Below the pieces are notes generated by a model that made no database searches, was not told the DNA's origin, and worked only from the letters and a program-made list of their open reading frames with translations. Below, piece by piece: positions 1 to 12,500 of a stretch of 64,000 nt of DNA. Location: the NCBI RefSeq assembly GCF_902459465.1, contig NC_047064.1, forward strand, positions 15,376,001 to 15,440,000, read 5' to 3'. Each line of letters starts with the position of its first letter. Within the stretch, counting starts at the first letter, position 1. This DNA is from Asterias rubens (lineage: Eukaryota). A program made the position numbers and the translations under genes.

Positions 1-175
1 GTCCGATAAAATTGCAATGTGTTCATGTTCTCGCCCATATCGCCTACCATTTTTTAGGTCTGACCATGAATTTTAGAGCTTCTATCGACAGACCGAACCG
101 ACCAAAGCCGGCGCGGCCGGCCGGGGAAAAAAAATCCAAATTGGTAGTATTTATACAGTTTTTTAACAGCCTTAC

Positions 176-265
176 ACTGCCAGGTCCTTCCCCGTAGCCT
201 GCTCTCCGTATCACCGATGTGCTGAAACTTCGACACGCTAAAGTGGTTATCCGTCCCAAAGCCAT
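176..265 (-). CDS. COX7C: Cytochrome c oxidase subunit 7C, coding exon 1 (partial; remaining exons lie left of the window)
   Basis: ATG at 265 reads MALGRITTLACRSFSTSVIRRAGYGEGPGS, then a GTAAGG donor at 175. It matches the COX7C presequence and the 'RRxxYxEGPG' motif as I recall them. Confidence 0.85.
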
Positions 266-585
266 TTTTTCTGGTAAATTTTCAGTCTTCTTCAACTTCA
301 CTTCGCCTCTTTCCACTAATTTGTATCTGTCCCGCGATATATATATCCCGTTGCGTTTCCACTATACGCCCAAATTGTAGAGTCCTTCGTGGAAATACTT
401 AACAAGAAGTAGCCCAATTATCCGCACAAACGGGCGTGAATCGCCCGTGTAAATCCATTCTAAACAACGCCCTCTCGTGTTTGACTGGTGATGAAACGAA
501 ACTGAAAAAGATATTTCACGTGTGTGTACGATCCAAACAAGGACATCGGTTGTTTGTTTTTTCCTCAGCACAGTAAGGTTGAAAT
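266..585. promoter_or_regulatory. Probable bidirectional promoter between COX7C and HYPK
   Basis: Only 320 bp separate the two divergent ATGs, and the interval is CpG-containing. Promoter function is inferred from this geometry. Confidence 0.6.
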
Positions 586-3500
586 ATGTCTCAAAATGAA
601 AATGATCACGATGCCGATGATTTGGAGGCCAACTCGGCTGTTCCCAGAGCCAAGAAACACGACAGCGGGGCAGCAGATTTAGAGAGAGTGACGGACTATG
701 CCGAGGAAACAGAAATCACTGGTCAGCGCCTTACCAATGTGAGTGAGTGAGCAGTGCGTGAGTGTGTGGTGGACACACATTCCATTCAATCACAATGCAT
801 TCAACTTCCAATATGCTTTTCTGACAGGCAATAACTGTGGTCATATAGGAAAATTGCTTCGATTCGTCCCATCTTTGCAGAGTATTGAAAATTATGTAGT
901 ATACTTTCATGAAATTAAAATATTACGTCAATGCATACTGTACTAGTGTAGACTGTAGTGTAGGTAGTTAGTAAACCAACATTTACGCGGCGGGAAAGGT
1001 GCTTCCCTTGCGAGTGGAGTATTTGTGAATACCGGACACTTCGGCACCTTGCATTGCAAACTCGACACCTTGCAACCTCGGCACCCACTCGGCACCAAGA
1101 AAGTTGGCACCATACATATATAAGGTTTATATAACAAGAGAGGGCGCTGTTGAACCCACACAAAGGTATAGGCATTGCGTGCGCGAGTCGTAGAAACTGA
1201 CCCATGTTCCTTCCCACAATGCATTGCGTTTCTGAATAGCGATAAACCTTATTCACCAAACATACGGCACTGACCTTTTTTTGACCGACAAACTCGGCAC
1301 CAAGCAATATCACTCGAAGATTCTTAAAAATGAACAACTTATATATATACAATACAAAATGGTTTGAACCTTATTTATTAGTAAACGCTGTGGCAAAATC
1401 ACTTGTTATGGTAGCTGATTAAACCGCTTCCAAACTTCCGAGAAAATTGGGGTAAAGTAATTGTTTTCCACCTGGAAATTTAATTGTCCATGGTTAATTG
1501 TTATATTATATTCTAATAATAATATTTTATATATAATAAGGCTAGCAACTTCAACAGGATGAAGCTTTTTATGGCAATGTGGGACCACTAAACTTTTACA
1601 TCAAATACTGAGGCCAACCACACAGTGTGCAAATCGAACATTTTTAACTGCGGGTGCCGAGTTTGGTTTTGGTTATAAACTGTCCTAGGTAAAAAAAATT
1701 TCATTTTAGTTTCTTGTTTTTTTCATAGAGTAGTCAGAGAATTGTTGCGATCATAAATTTTATTTTATTCGCTTTTTGTTTCCCTTATAAAAGGCACTAG
1801 CAGCGTTGGACCAGAGGAGATCTCAAGAAAGTTCTGAGAAAATAGAAAGGTAAATAAGTGTAGGTTTGCTTAAAGGCAGTGGACACTATTGGTAATTACT
1901 CAAAATAATTATTAGCAGAAAACCTTACTTTGTAACGAGTAATGGGGAGAGGTTGGTGGTACAAAACATTGTGAGAAACAGCTCCCTCTGAAGTGGAGTA
2001 GTTTTCGAGAAAGAAGTAATTTTCTACGAATTTGATTTCGAGACCTCAAGTTTAGAATTCAAGGTCTCGAAATCAAGCATCTGAAAGCACACAACTTCGT
2101 GTGACAAGGGTGATTATTTCTTTCATAGTTATCTCGCAACTCCGACGACCACTCGAGCTCAAATTTTCACTTTGTTATTTATGCATATGTTGAGATACAG
2201 CAAGTAAGAAGACTGGTCTTTGACAATTACCATAGTGTCCACTGGCTTTAAAGGCAGTGGACACTATTGGTAATTGTCAAAGACTAGCCTTCACAGTTGG
2301 TGTATCTCATTCTCAACAATGCATAAAATAACTAACCTGTGATATATTGAGTGCAATGGGTCATAAGTTGCGCGATATTGAACGAAAAAACTCTTTTGTC
2401 ACACGAAGTTGTGTGCGTTTAGATGGTTGATTTCGAGACCTCAAGTTCTAAATCTGAGGTCTCGAAATCAAACTTGTGGAAATTTACTTCCTTTTCAAAA
2501 ACTATGGCACTTCAGAGGAAGCCGTTTCTCACAATGTTTTATACCATCAACTACTCCCCATTACTCGTTCCCAAGAAAGGTTTTATGCTAATAATTATTT
2601 TGAGTAATTACCAATAGTGTCCACTGCCTTTAAGTACAAAGTTAGTGAAATGTTGGAGAGAGAAATGGTCATAGCAACAGCCAGAAAGGTGTACTTTTAA
2701 ATTTACAGGCCCTGCTAAATAGTAAATTTACATGTTGAATCAGGCCTGGGGTCGATTTCACAAAGAGTTAGGACTAGTCCTAACTTAGGACTAGTCGGAG
2801 GAGATATGAAAAACGTATGGCTAGTCCTAAGTTAGGACGAGTAATTCGTCCTAACTCGAGATAAGACTAGTCTTAACTCTTTGTGAAATCCACCCCTGGG
2901 CTAATTTCATAGTTTGATTTCAACAATGTCATCAAAGTACATGAATCATTTACCATTACAAAACAAATCCAAGTTGCAGTAGGAAAGTAAAATCGAAAAA
3001 TTTTTAAGTTTGAGACAGCATGACAACATTTAGGTTTGGTTGAAGTACTGTGAGAGCTGCACAGGAAAGCACAGACACTAAACATGAAACACTTACTATG
3101 AGGTCACCTACTAGAGCACAATGTTAAGACTGTTTTTTTTTGCTTATTATGTGATTAGCATTTAAACTTGTTGAGCACTGTTGCTCTGCTGAAAGCCGGC
3201 TTATGAAATTGGCCCCAGATACGTCACTCTAAGCAAAGTCAGGTTGTTCTTACAAACACTGAAAGTGTACATAATACAACCTGTTATGGTTATACACGTC
3301 TTGCTAAATTTAGACTCAAATTTTCAAAATGACTTTCTTAAAACGCTTGCCAATAATTATGTACTTTTTACATTGAATAAACTGTGTCAGATGTCACTTT
3401 TTTTAAAAGCAGCTTTCTGTTTGTTGTTTTATTTTATGAAAGTTGTTTTTGTTATTTTATAACTACAGAGAACGAGAGCTGGCCAAAGTTGTTATCAAGA

Positions 3501-4778
3501 AAGGAGATGTTGATCTAATTGTAAGTGCAGTTTAAAGTCTTCCTACTTAAAGGATTCGGGTACTTTTTCAAAATGTCCATAGATTTTCATTAAACTTACA
3601 GGGTTTGAAGATAATGATAATGGAAAGCTTCCCATCAAATATTACTTACTGAGGTGCTGTAGTTTTTGAGAAATGAGTAAAACAATGTTTTCATGAAATG
3701 CATTTGTATTAATGCTTAAAATAATTTCCATCTCATGAGACGAAAACAATTTTCATGACATTGTCTACCTTCCGTGACCTTTTGACAATACCAGGGTATT
3801 GTCAAAAGGTCACGGGAGATAGACAGAGTTCGTTGTCAGCAGTAACAGACATGCGCCACTGACATTCCGAAGTGGCTTATTAGATTTGAACTTGCGTAGT
3901 CAAAAGTTACTGTTTCAATTTGAATTCCTCAGACTAGAGCCAGTTGCTATGTTACATGGTTGGGGTGATAAGTAACATAATAGTAGTCTACTGTAGTATT
4001 TGTACTTTCTCTAGTGTGACGGCCTAGCAACCTCCAGATGAACAAACCCTGTACCATTGTGCTAAACACATTAGTTCAGGGTGTGTATAGGTGGTTGTTG
4101 ACTCTTACATAAACTGCGCTAAAGCTTGCCACAAATCACAAAACACTATTGGTAAGTGTCTCTAGTCTGAGGAATTGAAATTTAAGTGTGAATTTGTGAT
4201 TAAAGCCATTGTACACTTTCGGTAAACAGTATTGTCCAAAGGCCCACACTTCATGTATCGCAAAATATGCATAAAATAACAAACCTGTGAAAATTTAGGC
4301 TCAATCGGTCATCGGAGTCGGGAGAAAATAACGGGAAAACCCACCCTTGTTTCCGCATGTTTCGCCGTGTCATGACATGGTGTTTAATATAATCCGTAAT
4401 TCTCGTTGTCGAGAATTGATAATTGTTTTAATGTTTTCTCAAATGTAAAGCATTTCATGGAATAATATTTCAAGAGAAGTCTTTTACCATTACCTTCTGT
4501 AAACCCTGTAAGTTATTTGTAAATCTGTGATTTTTTTATTTTTGTTTCTGTTCCGAAAGTGTATAATGGCTTTAAGCAAGTCATTATACCAGACATTATT
4601 CAGGCCAATGGCTCTTTCCCTATCAATACCGAGAACTAAGTCAGCTAGCATAATTTCAAATGTGACGTTTGACTTCTTATAGATACAAGAGCTGGAGATC
4701 AGCAGAACAGTAGCTGAAAGGAGTTTGAGAGAGAACAAAGGGAACCTTGTGGAAGCTTTAATACAGTTGACTAACTGA
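586..4778 (+). CDS. HYPK: Huntingtin-interacting protein K, 118 aa; exons 586-738, 1794-1849, 3469-3520, 4683-4778
   Basis: The spliced translation contains KHDSGAADLERVTDYAEE...ERELAKVVIKKGDVDLI...ELEISRTVAERSLRENKGNLVEALIQLTN*. All introns are GT-AG with consistent phases (0,2,0). Confidence 0.95.
1870..2633. mobile_element. Two TTAA-flanked (Kolobok-like) MITEs in inverted orientation sharing one TTAA (2248-2251)
   Basis: Each is about 380 bp with termini TTAA-AGGCAGTGGACACTATTGGTAATT...AATTACCAATAGTGTCCACTGCCT-TTAA. Confidence 0.85.
2751..2895. mobile_element. Second Harbinger-like MITE (GGGTCGATTTCACAAAGAG..., CTG TSD); copies near 22520-22668 and 43790-43960
   Basis: TIRs with CTG on both flanks and internal CCTAACTTAGG palindromes. 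Confidence 0.7.
3547..4570. mobile_element. Other TTAA-flanked MITE families in HYPK intron 3 (TTAAAGGATTCGGGTAC... from 3547; TTAAAGCCATTGTACAC... at 4200-4570). Relatives at 42724-43090, 63450-63733, 6183-6530 and 34187-34572
   Basis: The sequences recur elsewhere in the window and begin TTAA-AG. Boundaries are approximate. Confidence 0.65.
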
Positions 4779-4809
4779 AGATGTACAGCAGAGAGATAAT
4801 CCATTCTCC

Positions 4810-5200
4810 TTAAAGACAGTGGACACTGTTGGTAATTGTCAAAGACTAGTCTTCACAGTTGGTGTATCTCAACACATGCATAAAACAACAAACATGTGAA
4901 AATTTGAGCTCAATCGGTCATGAAGTTGCGAGATAATAATGAAAGAAAAAACACCCTTGTCTAACGAAGTTGTGTGCTTTCTGATGCTTGATTTCGAGAC
5001 CTCAAATTCTAAACTTGAGGTCTCAAAATCAAATTCATGGAAAATTACTTCTTTCTCGAAAACTACATCACTACAGAGGGAGCCGTTTCTCACAATGTTT
5101 TTGTACTATCAACCTCTCCCCATACGTGTACTCGTAATCAAAAAAGGTTTTATGCTGATAATTATTTTGAGTAATTACCAATAGTGTCCACTGCCTTTAA
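4810..5200. mobile_element. Kolobok-like MITE just after the HYPK stop
   Basis: Same TIRs and TTAA flanks as the main family. Confidence 0.88.
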
Positions 5201-5523
5201 TCACTTCCTGGAATCAGCTTGTATGAGGATCAACTGCAGCAAATCACAGATTAGACGAGGTGCCATGCTCCCAGAGAACTATTTGCAGTCTTTTATTTCA
5301 ATCTTTGACATTTTCAAATACCCCCCTTCCACAAGTCTCTCATGTCTTGAGAACAGTTTGATGACATCGGTTCCAGTTCTTCGGTACCCAGGTCTGGATC
5401 AAGGGTTGTCAATTTAATTATCACTCCCCGTCAATTAACAGGCTAAAGAGCACCTCTTGTATGAGGAAAATGTGAATTTCGTTTGGAGCATTTCATGGGG
5501 TCCAAGCACTAGGGCAATGACCA

Positions 5524-5764
5524 GGGCCCAATTTCATACAGCTGCTAAGCACCAAAATTTGCTTAGCATGAAATTTCGTCTTCATAAAAACAGGATTATC
5601 GACTAAATTTCCATTTGTTGCATATTGCTTGTTACTGGTATTCAGCTGTTGTTTGCTTATCCTGAAAATCACGTGGAAATTTGGCTGGTTATCCTGTTTT
5701 TATCAAGGAAGAAATTTCATGCTTAGCAAATTGTTGTGCTTAGCAGCTATATGAAATTGGGCCC
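5524..5764. mobile_element. Harbinger-like MITE (GGCCCAATTTCAT...ATGAAATTGGGCC, CAG TSD); copies near 18050-18670 (tandem/nested), 26860-27050, 35830-36045 and 46927-47175
   Basis: TIRs are visible with a 3-bp CAG duplication here and at 46.9 kb. CWG TSDs are known for some Harbinger families. Confidence 0.75.
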
Positions 5765-6824
5765 AGGGGGCAACGGCGGTCATTGCCTCTGTTCAGTATG
5801 GGGCTTTGTTGAAAATCCTTTATCATAGGACAGATATTAAGTTAACACAGCACAGGAGCTTTGTGTTTTCTTTTCTTTTCAACATCATCTCTGTTTTTAT
5901 TATTGTGTACAATTAAATACCAAACAGTTTTGTACTGTACTGCAATTGAACCAGTTCATTAAAACATTTGAGTTTTTAGAAATTAACCATGTTCTGACAT
6001 AATAAGTTATTCAAGTGATATAATTCATAGTACTATGTGTACACCATATAAAATGAAGTGATGCCATTCTAAATATCAGGCATCATGTTTGACCCTTGGG
6101 AAAAAAGTAGGAATATTATAATCAAGTATTTATAAGGGCTGACCTACACATGGTGCAGAATTTAACAGACTTCTCAGACTATTTAAAGGAACACGTTGCC
6201 TCGGATCGGACGAGTTGGTCTTTGAAAAGCATTTGTAACCGTTGGGTTGGAAAGATGTTTTAAAAGTAGAATACAATGATACAAATTGTGTGGTTTTCCT
6301 TTTACTGTGCGAACTAACACAGTCGGCCATAATTATGGGAGTCAAAAATTTGACTCCCAGAAATGGCCGACCGTGTTAGTAAGGAAAACCGTGCAACTTC
6401 GAGGAATGTTTGTGTGGACCATTGTTTTCTATTTTTACAACATCTTTCTACCCATATGCATTTTATAATAAACGGTTACAAACGCTTTTAAAAGACCAAC
6501 TCGGCCGATCCAAGGCAACGTGTTCCTTTAACCACAATTTTTTTTTTTCAGGGACAAAAAGTCTATACATGTAATCAGACTTTAATAGGAAGAAAATCAT
6601 GCCTGAAATACACTTATTATATGTGTATTTGAATGCCATCACGTTGTTTATCTTTTTTTTTAAATATCATCTAGTCTGTGCAGCAATGATGTCGAATTTG
6701 GATTCTGTGTTAATGTTGTACAATGTACATAAATGAGAGACGGGCTCCGTGCAAACATGCTGTATCCCCAGGCTCATCCAGGATATTTTGTAGCAAGATA
6801 AACATTTTCAAATTTATTGTTAAC

Positions 6825-7009
6825 TTAAAGGCAGTGGACACTATTGGTAATAACTAAAAAATAATTGTCAGCATAAAACCTCACTTGGTAAGGAGTAATG
6901 GGAGCCCAATTTTTCACAGGTTTGTTATTTCATGCATATGTTGAGATTGAGATACACCAAGTGAGAAGACTGGACTTTGACAATTACCAATAGTGTCCAG
7001 TGTCCTTAA
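6825..7009. mobile_element. Internally deleted Kolobok-like MITE just after the AEN stop
   Basis: Both TIRs and TTAA flanks are present; the middle is missing. Confidence 0.85.
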
Positions 7010-7041
7010 TCACACAAAAAGAACATTTTTAAAAATTTGTA

Positions 7042-8001
7042 TTACTCTAAATCATCAGGCCAGTAGTGATCATCCATAAAGCTTAGCCTAAAATCTCGCT
7101 CAGGAAACACAGAGATCCTTTCCTCTTCCCATTGATTCTCCACGAGTTTGTACAGATTCATCGTTGCTTTGGCATCTTCAACAGAACAGTGCTCGCCACT
7201 CTGGATCGAGTGTCCAAACAGCAACTTGGTCAATTTCTTAAGGCCAGGGTGTTGACCGGTCCTGAGGGTCAACCCTGCAAGTTCCTGGAGCCCTCGGTAC
7301 ATACTTGTATCGCGAATGTCCTCCTTAGGGTGACCCATCTGTAGTACAGCAAGGTCAAACCTGATGGAATGACCACAGAGTATCTTCCCGTCAAGAATAC
7401 CTTGGATCAAAGGCTGCGCCTTCTTGAAGGGGGTTGCATCCTCCATGTCCTGCTTGCGGATGCCACTCCATGGAGTCCGATAATCCAGGATTTCAAGCTC
7501 CGGTTTGATATACGCATCATAGAGGACGTTACAGTTGTAGTCGACGATGCTGCACCTTGCTAAAGCACTGATCCTTCCCTGTGGTCCCACGCCAACCATC
7601 TCGCAATCCAAGGATATGAGTCTGTCTTTTGGAATGCCCCTTTCAAATCTGCTTTCATGGGGGGAGATTGAAGACGATCGACTAGCAAGCAAGGGTTTCA
7701 CATCACCATTTGTCTTGGATTTGGTTCCCTTTGTTGTGTCACCATTTCCCGGACAACGGATCGTAGCATTTCTCTGTGTCAGCAAAGTCTGTGCCTTCTT
7801 GGCTCCATAATTAATAATTCTTGAGAGTCTTGATGGTAGATTCATCTTTTTCTTTTGCCGTGCCTTTTTCCTCTTGTTTTTCTTTGATCTTCTCTTTGAT
7901 TGCTTCAATGATTGAGCACCATTCTTCATCTTCTTGGAGACTGAACCATTTTGGTCACTTTGACCAGATTGTGGAGGTTGTTTCCTCTTAACGGCTGGCA
8001 T
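7042..8001 (-). CDS. AEN: AEN/ISG20L2-family DEDDh 3'-5' exonuclease, 319 aa, one coding exon
   Basis: Motifs are SLDCEMVGVG...LARCSIV...GHSIRFDL...HCSVEDA, a basic NLS-rich N-terminus, and C-terminal YWPDDL as in AEN. The start is placed at MPAVKRK (8001), just inside a splice acceptor (CTTTCACCAG, exon from 8009), so a non-coding upstream exon is likely. Confidence 0.85.
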   Translation of the reverse strand: MPAVKRKQPPQSGQSDQNGSVSKKMKNGAQSLKQSKRRSKKNKRKKARQKKKMNLPSRLSRIINYGAKKAQTLLTQRNATIRCPGNGDTTKGTKSKTNGDVKPLLASRSSSISPHESRFERGIPKDRLISLDCEMVGVGPQGRISALARCSIVDYNCNVLYDAYIKPELEILDYRTPWSGIRKQDMEDATPFKKAQPLIQGILDGKILCGHSIRFDLAVLQMGHPKEDIRDTSMYRGLQELAGLTLRTGQHPGLKKLTKLLFGHSIQSGEHCSVEDAKATMNLYKLVENQWEEERISVFPERDFRLSFMDDHYWPDDLE

Positions 8002-9548
8002 TGTTAACTCTGGTGAAAGAAAACAAGTTGCTGTTTGAGTTAAAACTGAATCTACTTTATGTTTCTTCTGTGTCTTGATGCACAGCTGCCACTTTTTCAC
8101 ATGTTATGGTAAAATATAAATCTTATTGAGAAAATAAAGTCATACTTGGGCAACCCTGTCATTACAGAACTTTCTTCCTCCATGCTCCTCAGTGCATTTA
8201 GACCCAGTAAATGGGGCACTGTACTAATGTTTTTCTCAATTTTGTCATTATCGCCATCAGTCTCATGAAGGAAGGATTCTCCATGATGACCATGGGTACA
8301 TTACATTTATGGTTCAATGTCAGAAGAATGTCGAAATCATGAATGGAGGTTTCAGAAGTTTTTCTGTTTATTTATCAACTTTATATTCGTACATTTTAGT
8401 TGATCAGCACTTAACAGAGTGGGAGGGTGAGGATCGATGGGAGGGGAGGATTGAGGGGAGGGGAGGATCGAGTCGAGGTGGTGTGATGTGAGGATCGAGG
8501 GGGGGGGGGGGTAGGGGACAACAGTTTTGTTTTTCAGTTTACCGGTTTACATCGCTATACTACCAAGACTACTAATAGTAAAACATACAACTATTTTCAG
8601 CCGATTATTTGTTCCGCAATCGTTAGGTATCGTCTCCAAATACACTACACCACCACTCACTGTCACTAGTCATGCAATAGATAGAATAGGGAGGCTTGTT
8701 ACCATGGTTACGCTATCGTCTCCACCTACTAGCGACGACAACAGTGGAACGAACCTATAGTTAGCTAGACTAGCGCATGAGGGAGAGTCGAGAGTACCAT
8801 CATGATCGTGATCATAAAATTCAAACCACGGATACAATGAACACGTGCAGCATATTGCATGGAGCCTGGAAAGTACGGACCCGTACGTAACCTACGTAGT
8901 GATCAAAACATAACGTCATTGTTATTAATTATTTTATTAATAAAACATCAATAACATTCGAAACAGTTGGTATTAAAACATACACTAAAACAATTCAAAC
9001 ATTTCCACGGCGTTTTTTAAAGTTGTAATAGTAGTTGATATACATGTACATACCTCCAAAAGAAGGATTCAGAAACTGTCTGTACGGACGTGGATCCAAC
9101 TCGTGATTGCGAAATAATACCCGGCGTTGGGTGCTCTGCACGCTGCAAAGATGTACACAAAATAATACGAAGTACGCACAGGAGCTAGACTGGTTCACTC
9201 CACGCGCACTTAATGGTCTTTATTCAAGTTGTTTGCAACCACATAGGTTGAACCAAACTTAGCTCGTGCTATGTTTCAAGAATTACATAACGTTTAAATG
9301 AAATGCATATTCCTGTGTCTATACTGCTTTCTACTTCCATGATTAAACACAGAAAAATTGTACAGACTCCCATGTCCCTAAACTGGGTTGAGGACCATAA
9401 CGCGACTTCCGACCTAAAACACGACTACTAGACTATACTAGCCATAAGGGTCATTCCAAAACGATAGAGGGGGTACTTCATAAAATGTGGGAATGATAAT
9501 CAGTGGGAAGAAATTGTGTAGAAATGCTCAGTTTTCTGAAGAGAAAAC

Positions 9549-12500
9549 ATGGCAGTACGGATTGGTCTGAGAGCAGTGCTGATTGATTTAAGTGGAACAC
9601 TACATGTTGAAGACACCATTGTCCCAGGAGCAGTTGAGGCGTTGAAAAGGTTTTTAAAACAATATAATATTATTAATGTATAGCGTCATACATTACATGT
9701 CATACGTTATCGACCCTCATATACATGTAGTCATAACATATATTTTCGGTCCCCAACTTTGATTCCCGTTTACCGCGAGATTGTGCAAGCTGCACCGGTG
9801 ACAGAAGCTATGCAGTTTACTCACGGTCTGTATTTTCGGATAACTTTCCGTATGGCGCCACCACTTTTTCACTCATTTTTACAAAAAGGGATATATCAAT
9901 CAGGTAAATTAGATACTATATTATTTTATTTCGAATGAAAAAGTGGTGGCGCCATACGGAAACTTTTCCTTATATGCCAACATTCGAGTCAAAGAAACAT
10001 AATCCAACCTCGCGGTCGCACTAAAAACCGACAACTCACGACAACTCACGACAAAAATTTTTAAATGCACTTTAACAAAACATTTGAACATAAGTCAACC
10101 ATTAAATATATGCACAAGAGTCATATGCATCTAAATCACTTTTAAACTGTTGAAAATGTTGTTCTTTTAACTGTAAAAAAGGTGTTTTTTACCCCGAATT
10201 TAGTAGCAAACGGAAATTTTCGCCATGTTGTCTTTCGACGTACTTGGACGATTCTATTACACCGCAGGGGGCATGGGTATTTTCTGAGGGCTGAGTTGTA
10301 TTTTTTTCTTTTTGGTTTTAGCTGCTGTTTTTTTTTCTTTCTTGTTAAGAACTAAGCCGACACTCTGGAATTCAATAAACAGAAAAATTTAAATATAATA
10401 GTTCTTAAAACTCTATGGGGACTATGATATGAGAGGCACATGAAATGGTAAATAATCATCTTGCATATTGTATCCCCCCCTACGGTGTAATGGAATCGTC
10501 CAAGTACGTCGAAAGACAACATGGCGGATATTTCCGTTCGTTACTAAATTCGGGGTAAAAAACACTTTTTGTACACTTAAAAATACAATTTTTTTAACAG
10601 TTTGAAGGTGATATGGGTGCATATGACTCTTGTGCATATATTTACCGGTTGAATTATGTTCAAATGTTCTGTTAAAGTGCATTTAAAAATTGTTGTCGTG
10701 AGTTGTCGTGAGGGGTCGTGAGTTGTCGGTATTTAGTGCGACCCCAACCTCGAAAGTTCAAAACAAAATTACTATCTGCTAGATTGAGTTTCATTCTGCT
10801 TTAGTCACTAGATGGATCACGTGAGGTGGTTATTATTCGGGATTATATGGTGTGCAAATGTGTAGTTGCGATAACGTAATCCTCCTGCTACGCCGTCGGC
10901 AGGAGGGTTACGTTATCGCAACTAGCAAATGTGGGGAAAATATAAAAATATTTTAAGTGAAAATGACAAATACAATTTTTTTTTGATTTACTGCATACTG
11001 TATTAAATTCCTATAAGCGTAATAAATATTAAGTCTACATTAAATTAAAGAGAAAATATCATAGATTGGTTTCTTATCTCCTGAAACCAAACATTACTAA
11101 TACTGGTCTGAAATGGGGGAAAACGGATTGTTATGAAGTGTGTGTGCTTCAAGGCGGGGTGGGGTTTTTTACTTTCATTCATGCCTTATGATATCTCTGG
11201 ATTCTAATATAGTAGCCATAATGCCTTGGGAAAAAAATGTAATTAAATTTGTTAAGTCGTAATTGAATAAAAATTTTGATTTATTTTGCTCGTCATAAGT
11301 CTAGCTTCTGATAAAATACCAACCAATGAAAGGTGTGAAAACATATGACGTTGCTCCAATGTCGTGCATGCATTATAAGCACTGTTAATGGCGGACTGTC
11401 TCTCGCAACGTAAAACCAAAACTTTAAAAATTTTAACACACCATGAAGTGTAAGTGTTATTGTTAAAAAAATTGGATAGATGATTTGAAAAAAAAAAATT
11501 AGTTTTTGATTGTGAACAGTTTTCCTGTTATCCTACTGAAAACACATGACACCAGGATACTCGGCTGAGTACAGTTTATTATAAACTTTATACCACCTAG
11601 CGAGCGTAAGTAGGCCTACTGGCTGGCTGTGAACAGTGTACCGTATACTCCTACTATTATAGTATTATAATTATCCTACAGAACAATGAAAAGAGATTTC
11701 GTTGTGCTATCGTCTCCTGCACGAGAACTATGAGATTTCGTGTTGCTATCGTCTCCAGCCACTATCGTCTCCCGTTACGGTAGACGATAGTGGAACGACA
11801 TCTCATGCATGTAGTTCTACTAACTGCCTGTACTCGTACTTTACAAACTACAATCATGCGCAGTGACTTTTTTTAAGCAAAGAAGAATATTCTTATTTTC
11901 TGGATTAGTGTACATGGACTATGGTTAAACCTACTACGTACGAGTAGGTTAAACCGAAAACTCAACCTTGACCCAGTAACTGGGGTGCTGTACTCCTTTT
12001 TTCGAAACGATGTCATTATCGGTCGGTCAAAATTTCCAAAAAAAGGAGTTACGAATGATAATGACAAACTTTCAAAAAAAGGTGGGCAGCGCCCCAGTTA
12101 CTGGGTCTAAACTCAACCATGATGAAGAATTGAAAATCAACAAAAATCTTGTTGTCTGTGACCAGAAACGATTTCCTTGACCTACACACCAGACAAGAAG
12201 GTTCGGCCACTGATGCGTTCTGGTGGGGACCGAAGCTAAAATTATAAAGTAGTCATGACATTATTTTAAATTAATCAAAGTGGATACATCTGGGGTTTTT
12301 TCTTCTTTTACTTCTAGGTTGAGAACAGCTCCAGTGAAGATCAAGTTTGTGACCAACACAACTAAAGAGAGTGTTGTAACCCTTCATGAACGTCTTCAGA
12401 GGCTAGGGTTTGATATCAGAATAACAGACATCTTCTCCTCACTGACAGCAGCCAGACATTTAGTGATAGAAGGTGGACTAAGACCAATGTTGCTGCTACA

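Noticed and set aside
1-175. Intronic C/D snoRNA in COX7C, as in vertebrates
   Set aside because: No C-box (RUGAUGA) is visible on the minus strand in the 175 bp available.
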